Shown: positions 51,888 through 56,079 of the stretch, in pieces
Layout: every line of letters begins with the position of its first letter
Numbering within the stretch: the stretch's first letter is position 1
Origin: Thalassobius sp. I31.1
Lineage (GTDB): Bacteria; Pseudomonadota; Alphaproteobacteria; Rhodobacterales; Rhodobacteraceae
Assembly (NCBI RefSeq): GCF_003031585.1
Contig: NZ_PWAA01000009.1
Span: forward strand, 1 to 56,079
Length of the DNA: 56,079 bases
Reading direction: 5' to 3'
The notes under the pieces: model-generated
The model's database searches: none
The model's input: the letters and a program-made list of their open reading frames with translations, nothing else
What the model was told of the DNA's origin: nothing
Position numbers and translations under genes: made by a program

Positions 51888-52841
51888 TCAGTAACTGCGA
51901 TCCGGTAAGGGGATCTTGGCTATTTCTTCCTGAAGAATGCGGATGAATGCTTTTTCCGCGTGGTTCAGGCGGGTGCGGGGGTTGGTAACCAGGCAAAGCT
52001 CAAACACCGGCAGGTCGTCAAATGCGGTCAGCTGCCAGAGACGGCCCTGATCAACAAAGCGCTGGGCGACGTGGACAGGGTGGGGGCCGATACCAATGCC
52101 AATCTCAATAAAACGGCGCAGTTCTTCAAGGTGATAAGATCGGCCGACGGGCGGTGAATTGATGCCGTATTTCTGGCGGGCCAGGGTAAAGTTGTGCAGC
52201 TCTCCCCCCACAATATCAGTCGGGAATGTCACATAGGGCTGGTGGCATATTTCCTCCAGTGTGATGTCATTCCGGCCGAACAGATCGCTTCCATACCCGC
52301 AATACAGCGCAAAACGTTCGCGGTAGATCACCTCATATTCCAGGCCCGCAGGGCGTTCGGTGACCAGCGCCAGCCCGCAGGATGCATTTTTGCGTTTCAC
52401 GGATGTGATGACATCGCCGGATGTCACGACCTTGATCGACAGGGTCGCTTTGGGGTGGGATTTGTGAAACCGTACAAGGGCCGCATCCAGGATCGGGCTT
52501 TCCACATGTGTGGGTGCTTCGATGGATACATGGCCTGTGACCTCGTCGCGTACGGTGCGCAGAACGCCGGCCATCCGTGATACCGCACTGTAGATTTCCT
52601 GACATTCCTCATAGACGATCTGCCCGGTTGGGGTCAGCGTGAATTCAGATGCACTGCGATCCACAAGGGTACAATCCAGATGGGATTCGAGCCGTTTGAG
52701 AGAATTGGTTACCGCGGGCTGAGACACCAAAAGACGCGATGCTGCGCGTGTTACGCCTTCTTCTTCCACGATAATCATAAAGGAAAACAAAAGGTTCCAG
52801 TCAAGGTTTCGGCAGAAATGTTCGATGTCCGTGCGGTTCAC
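51888..52841 (-). CDS. LysR family transcriptional regulator
   Basis: HTH LFSFMIIVEEEGVTRAASRLLVSQPAVTNSLKRLESHL. 317 aa. Confidence 0.85.
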   Translation of the reverse strand: MNRTDIEHFCRNLDWNLLFSFMIIVEEEGVTRAASRLLVSQPAVTNSLKRLESHLDCTLVDRSASEFTLTPTGQIVYEECQEIYSAVSRMAGVLRTVRDEVTGHVSIEAPTHVESPILDAALVRFHKSHPKATLSIKVVTSGDVITSVKRKNASCGLALVTERPAGLEYEVIYRERFALYCGYGSDLFGRNDITLEEICHQPYVTFPTDIVGGELHNFTLARQKYGINSPPVGRSYHLEELRRFIEIGIGIGPHPVHVAQRFVDQGRLWQLTAFDDLPVFELCLVTNPRTRLNHAEKAFIRILQEEIAKIPLPDRSY

Positions 52842-53006
52842 TTTGTATAATCCATAGTTATGCCAGCATAATCATTATGAATTTGATTTATAGCCGGGTG
52901 ACTGTTTCAGTGTAAAGGCGCGACTTTGGGAGGAGGCCGTGCATCCTGCAGACTACTTCCCGCGAAATGGAACGACGCCCGGCGCGTCAAACATAGGGTA
53001 ATCCTG

Positions 53007-54002
53007 ATGACTACACTGAAAAACTTTGCAACCGCGACGGCCATGGGTCTTTGCCTGACCAGCACCGCATTTGCCGACGATATCACATTGAAGCTGGCTG
53101 GCGTTGTTCCGGTGGAGCATTTCGGCAATGAACTGCTGTCTCAGATCGAAGCAGACATCGAAGGCGCAGGCGTTGGCATCGAAGTCACCGTTTTCCCGGC
53201 GGGTCAGCTTGGTTCCGGCGAAGAACTGTTCGAAGCCGCGGCGCGGGGCAATGTCGATCTGGTGCATGCAGTGGTTTACGCCCACAACGACCCGGTGCTT
53301 GAAATCAATTCTCTGCCGTTCCTGGTCAGCAACTGGGACGAAGCTGAAAACGTATACCTGCGCAAAGATTCTGCGTTTAACACCATTTTTGCTGAACGTC
53401 TGGCCGCGCTTGACCTGCACCTGCTGGCGAACGCCCCCGAAGGTTTTGTCGGCGTTGTTGCCAACAGCATTCCTGAAGATGCAGCCGGCACCGGCGACAA
53501 AGACATGAACATCCGTGTCTGGAGCTCACAGGTGATCAAAGCCACAGTCGAAGCCATCGGTTTCAACGCGACCACCATGAACTGGGGTGAAATCTTCCCG
53601 GCGATCCAGTCCGGCACTGTTGACGGCGCGATCTGCTGCACAGCGCAACTGGCCTATAGCGCCTTTGCAACGTCTAACGTTGGTGCTGCCTATCTGCCGT
53701 ATAACGCGGTTGTTGAGATCACCACATATTACGCGTCGCTTGATACCTGGAATGAGATGACCGAAGAACAGCAGACCGTTGTTCAGGCAGCTTTTGATAA
53801 GGCCGCCACGGATTACGCCGCATGGGGCCGTAACAATGAATCATCCTACCTCGGGAAGTTGACCGAAATGGGATATGAAGTTCTGGAAATGAGTGCGGAA
53901 GAACGCGCTGCGATTGCCGATAAAGTGCGCAGCGATGTCTGGCCACAGATTGCAGAAATCGTAGGCCAGGACGTGATCGACGCCCTGAAAAACGACATGT
54001 AA
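53007..54002 (+). CDS. TRAP transporter substrate-binding protein (DctP family)
   Basis: Signal peptide and DctP-like length. Followed by DctQ and DctM. Confidence 0.8.
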   Translation: MTTLKNFATATAMGLCLTSTAFADDITLKLAGVVPVEHFGNELLSQIEADIEGAGVGIEVTVFPAGQLGSGEELFEAAARGNVDLVHAVVYAHNDPVLEINSLPFLVSNWDEAENVYLRKDSAFNTIFAERLAALDLHLLANAPEGFVGVVANSIPEDAAGTGDKDMNIRVWSSQVIKATVEAIGFNATTMNWGEIFPAIQSGTVDGAICCTAQLAYSAFATSNVGAAYLPYNAVVEITTYYASLDTWNEMTEEQQTVVQAAFDKAATDYAAWGRNNESSYLGKLTEMGYEVLEMSAEERAAIADKVRSDVWPQIAEIVGQDVIDALKNDM

Positions 54003-54083
54003 TCAATAGATTTCTTTCGCAGGCGGCCTGTATTCTGGTCGCCTGCCTCTCTTCTGTTATGTTTCTGAAAGAAGGACGGCCCC

Positions 54084-54641
54084 ATGCAGGATCTGCATCC
54101 CCATCTGTCGCAAGGCCTGGCGCGGTTTGTAGACCGGATGATCAAGGTCAAAACCTGGTTTCTCGTGTTCAGCTGCCTGATTATGGCTGTGACCTTCTTT
54201 TTTGTGGTGATCTTCCGCTATGTGTTGAACGCTGATCTGTTCGCCTATGAAGAATGGCTGCTGATCATCTGTTTCTGGATGTATTTTGTCGGCAGCGCCG
54301 TCGCCACCCATGACGGATCACATGTGACGGCGGATCTGCTGTCCTATGTCATCACCGACCCGAAAAAGGCCCATGTCCGGGCCCTGATCATTGGCGCGAT
54401 TGAGCTGTTCGTGACCTGTTTCCTGATTTACTGGGCGCTTTTGATGCTGATTGATGAAATCGACAGTTATCCGCGCTGGCGCACGACAATTGCCCTGCGG
54501 ATCCCCTTCCTTGTGCCCCGTATCGCGATTTTTGTTGGCTTTGCCATGATGGCCTTTTACAGCGCGCTGCATCTCTGGGCGCTGTGGAAATCCGGCCCAT
54601 CTGAAAAGACTGGCGACGTGACAAGTTCTGAGGCTGGCTAA
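54084..54641 (+). CDS. TRAP transporter small permease (DctQ)
   Basis: About 185 aa with 4 TM segments. Confidence 0.8.
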   Translation: MQDLHPHLSQGLARFVDRMIKVKTWFLVFSCLIMAVTFFFVVIFRYVLNADLFAYEEWLLIICFWMYFVGSAVATHDGSHVTADLLSYVITDPKKAHVRALIIGAIELFVTCFLIYWALLMLIDEIDSYPRWRTTIALRIPFLVPRIAIFVGFAMMAFYSALHLWALWKSGPSEKTGDVTSSEAG

Positions 54642-54676
54642 GCCACCTTTCCCCCAATCTATCGAAAGGATCTGAC

Positions 54677-55966
54677 GTGATTATCCTCGGAAGTCTCATT
54701 CTTATCTGTGTGCTGCTGCTGATCGGTGTCAGCGTTCCCCTGGCCTTTGGTGGCGTCCTGATCTTTATTTCCGTCTTTGGCGGGCATGATGTGTCGGGCT
54801 TTATGCCCACCGGTCACTGGAAGGTCAGCTCGCTTGTGTTGCTGGCGATCCCGCTGTTTATCCTGGCCGGTGCCATCATGGAACGCGGCCGCATTGCCGC
54901 CCCTCTGGTGTCGCTGGCGGAACTGATGGTTGGCCATATTCGCGGAGGCCTTAGTGCCGCTGCGGTGGTCGCCAGCGGTATTTTCGGTGCGATTTCCGGG
55001 TCTGCTGCCGCGACGCTGACCTGCATTGGGTCGATCATGATGCCGCATCTGCGCAAAGCCAATTACCCCGAAGGTATGGCCGCCGCCCTGATCGTATCCG
55101 CCAGCCCGCTTGGCCTGTTGATCCCACCCAGTTCGTCCCAGATCCTCTATGCCTGGACGACCCAGCAATCAGTTCTGAAATGTTTCCTTGCGACAGTTGT
55201 GCCAGGGCTGATTCTGATCGTGATGCTGTGTATTGTGAATTTCGTCATGCTGCGCAAAGTCAAAGATCTGAAAATCGGTCGCGTGGATGGCAATTTCAGT
55301 GTTGAATTCCGTGCACGTGGCCTGAAGGCAATGCCGGCCCTGATGATGCCCGTGATCATTCTGGGCGGCATCTACGGTGGTTTTATGACCCCGACCGAAG
55401 CCGCAGGCGTGGCCGTTGTCTATGCGATCCCGATTGGCTTTTTCGTCTATAAGGGGCTGACAAAAGAAAACTTTTTCCCAACCCTGCGCTATGCGGGCAC
55501 GACCATTGGCGTTGTCATGATGATGGTCTTTATGGTGCTGATCGTCAGTCAGTTCCTGGTGTTTGAAAACATCCCGGCCATGGCGAAAGATCTGATCTAT
55601 TCCGTGTCTGACAATCCGATCATCATTCTTCTGATGGTGAACCTTGTGATGATCCTGATCGGCATGCTGATGGATGATATTTCCGGCCTGCTTTTGTCTG
55701 CCCCGCTGCTTTTGCCGATTGTGCAAAGTGTGGGTATGGATCCGGTGCATTTCGCGGCCGTTCTGGGTGTGAACCTTGGCATGGCTAATATCACGCCACC
55801 GACTGCGCCGCTTTTGTATCTGGGTGCGCGGGTGACTGAAACGCCGGTGAACAAGATGATCAAGCCAACCCTGCTGATGATCGCCTTTGCCTGGCTGCCG
55901 ACCCTGATCCTGACAACCTTCATTCCCCAGATTGCCCTGTGGCTGCCCACTGCGATCTTTGGTTAA
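54677..55966 (+). CDS. TRAP transporter large permease (DctM)
   Basis: 429 aa polytopic membrane protein. Confidence 0.85.
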   Translation: MIILGSLILICVLLLIGVSVPLAFGGVLIFISVFGGHDVSGFMPTGHWKVSSLVLLAIPLFILAGAIMERGRIAAPLVSLAELMVGHIRGGLSAAAVVASGIFGAISGSAAATLTCIGSIMMPHLRKANYPEGMAAALIVSASPLGLLIPPSSSQILYAWTTQQSVLKCFLATVVPGLILIVMLCIVNFVMLRKVKDLKIGRVDGNFSVEFRARGLKAMPALMMPVIILGGIYGGFMTPTEAAGVAVVYAIPIGFFVYKGLTKENFFPTLRYAGTTIGVVMMMVFMVLIVSQFLVFENIPAMAKDLIYSVSDNPIIILLMVNLVMILIGMLMDDISGLLLSAPLLLPIVQSVGMDPVHFAAVLGVNLGMANITPPTAPLLYLGARVTETPVNKMIKPTLLMIAFAWLPTLILTTFIPQIALWLPTAIFG

Positions 55967-55988
55967 ACCTTCGATAAGAGTTCCTGAA

Positions 55989-56079
55989 AATGACCAATAC
56001 TTCTCCGTCCGAACTGGCGATGGTTCCCTTCGTCAGCGTTGATAATATGATGCAGCTGATCCACCGGATCGGCATTGAG
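55989..56079 (+). CDS. 5' end of an unidentified ORF running off the window edge
   Basis: ATG at 55989. Open to the window end. Too short to call. Confidence 0.3.

Overview
This 56-kb window reads as an alphaproteobacterial chromosome, Rhodobacterales-like, about 58-62% GC by eye. It carries many recognisable core genes, mostly organised into a few clear operons. They include cmk-rpsA-ihfB, trpF-trpB, the F1 ATP synthase operon atpHAGDC, prs, ribF, clpA, gloB, ppaC, a gabD/aminotransferase pair with Lrp and LysR regulators, a TRAP transporter, and an imelysin/DUF1111/imelysin/DUF1513 four-gene cluster.

Several segments look atypical or accessory:

- **Left end, about 800-4990.** This stretch is strongly AT-rich. 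It follows a phage late-control-D-like tail gene. It encodes a signal-peptide protein and a 155-aa ORF that is in frame with a 766-aa RTX calcium-binding repeat protein; a single TAA separates the two. A strong hairpin terminator closes the segment.
- **Between trpB and the imelysin cluster.** This region holds an HD-domain gene, a frameshifted LysR-family gene, and two tandem tRNA-like genes of non-canonical design (both with anticodon UAG but type-I short variable arms). It also holds an SPFH protein without a membrane anchor and a prokaryotic PLA2-like protein.
- **Other singular elements.** There is an 8-bp tandem repeat array (about 10 copies) in a promoter region, and a low-GC DUF2971 gene. 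There is also a low-GC orphan gene preceded by a perfect 13-bp inverted repeat, plus a small unannotated membrane ORF.

There is no CRISPR array, integrase or transposase in the window. All functional calls rest on remembered family signatures; no search was run.
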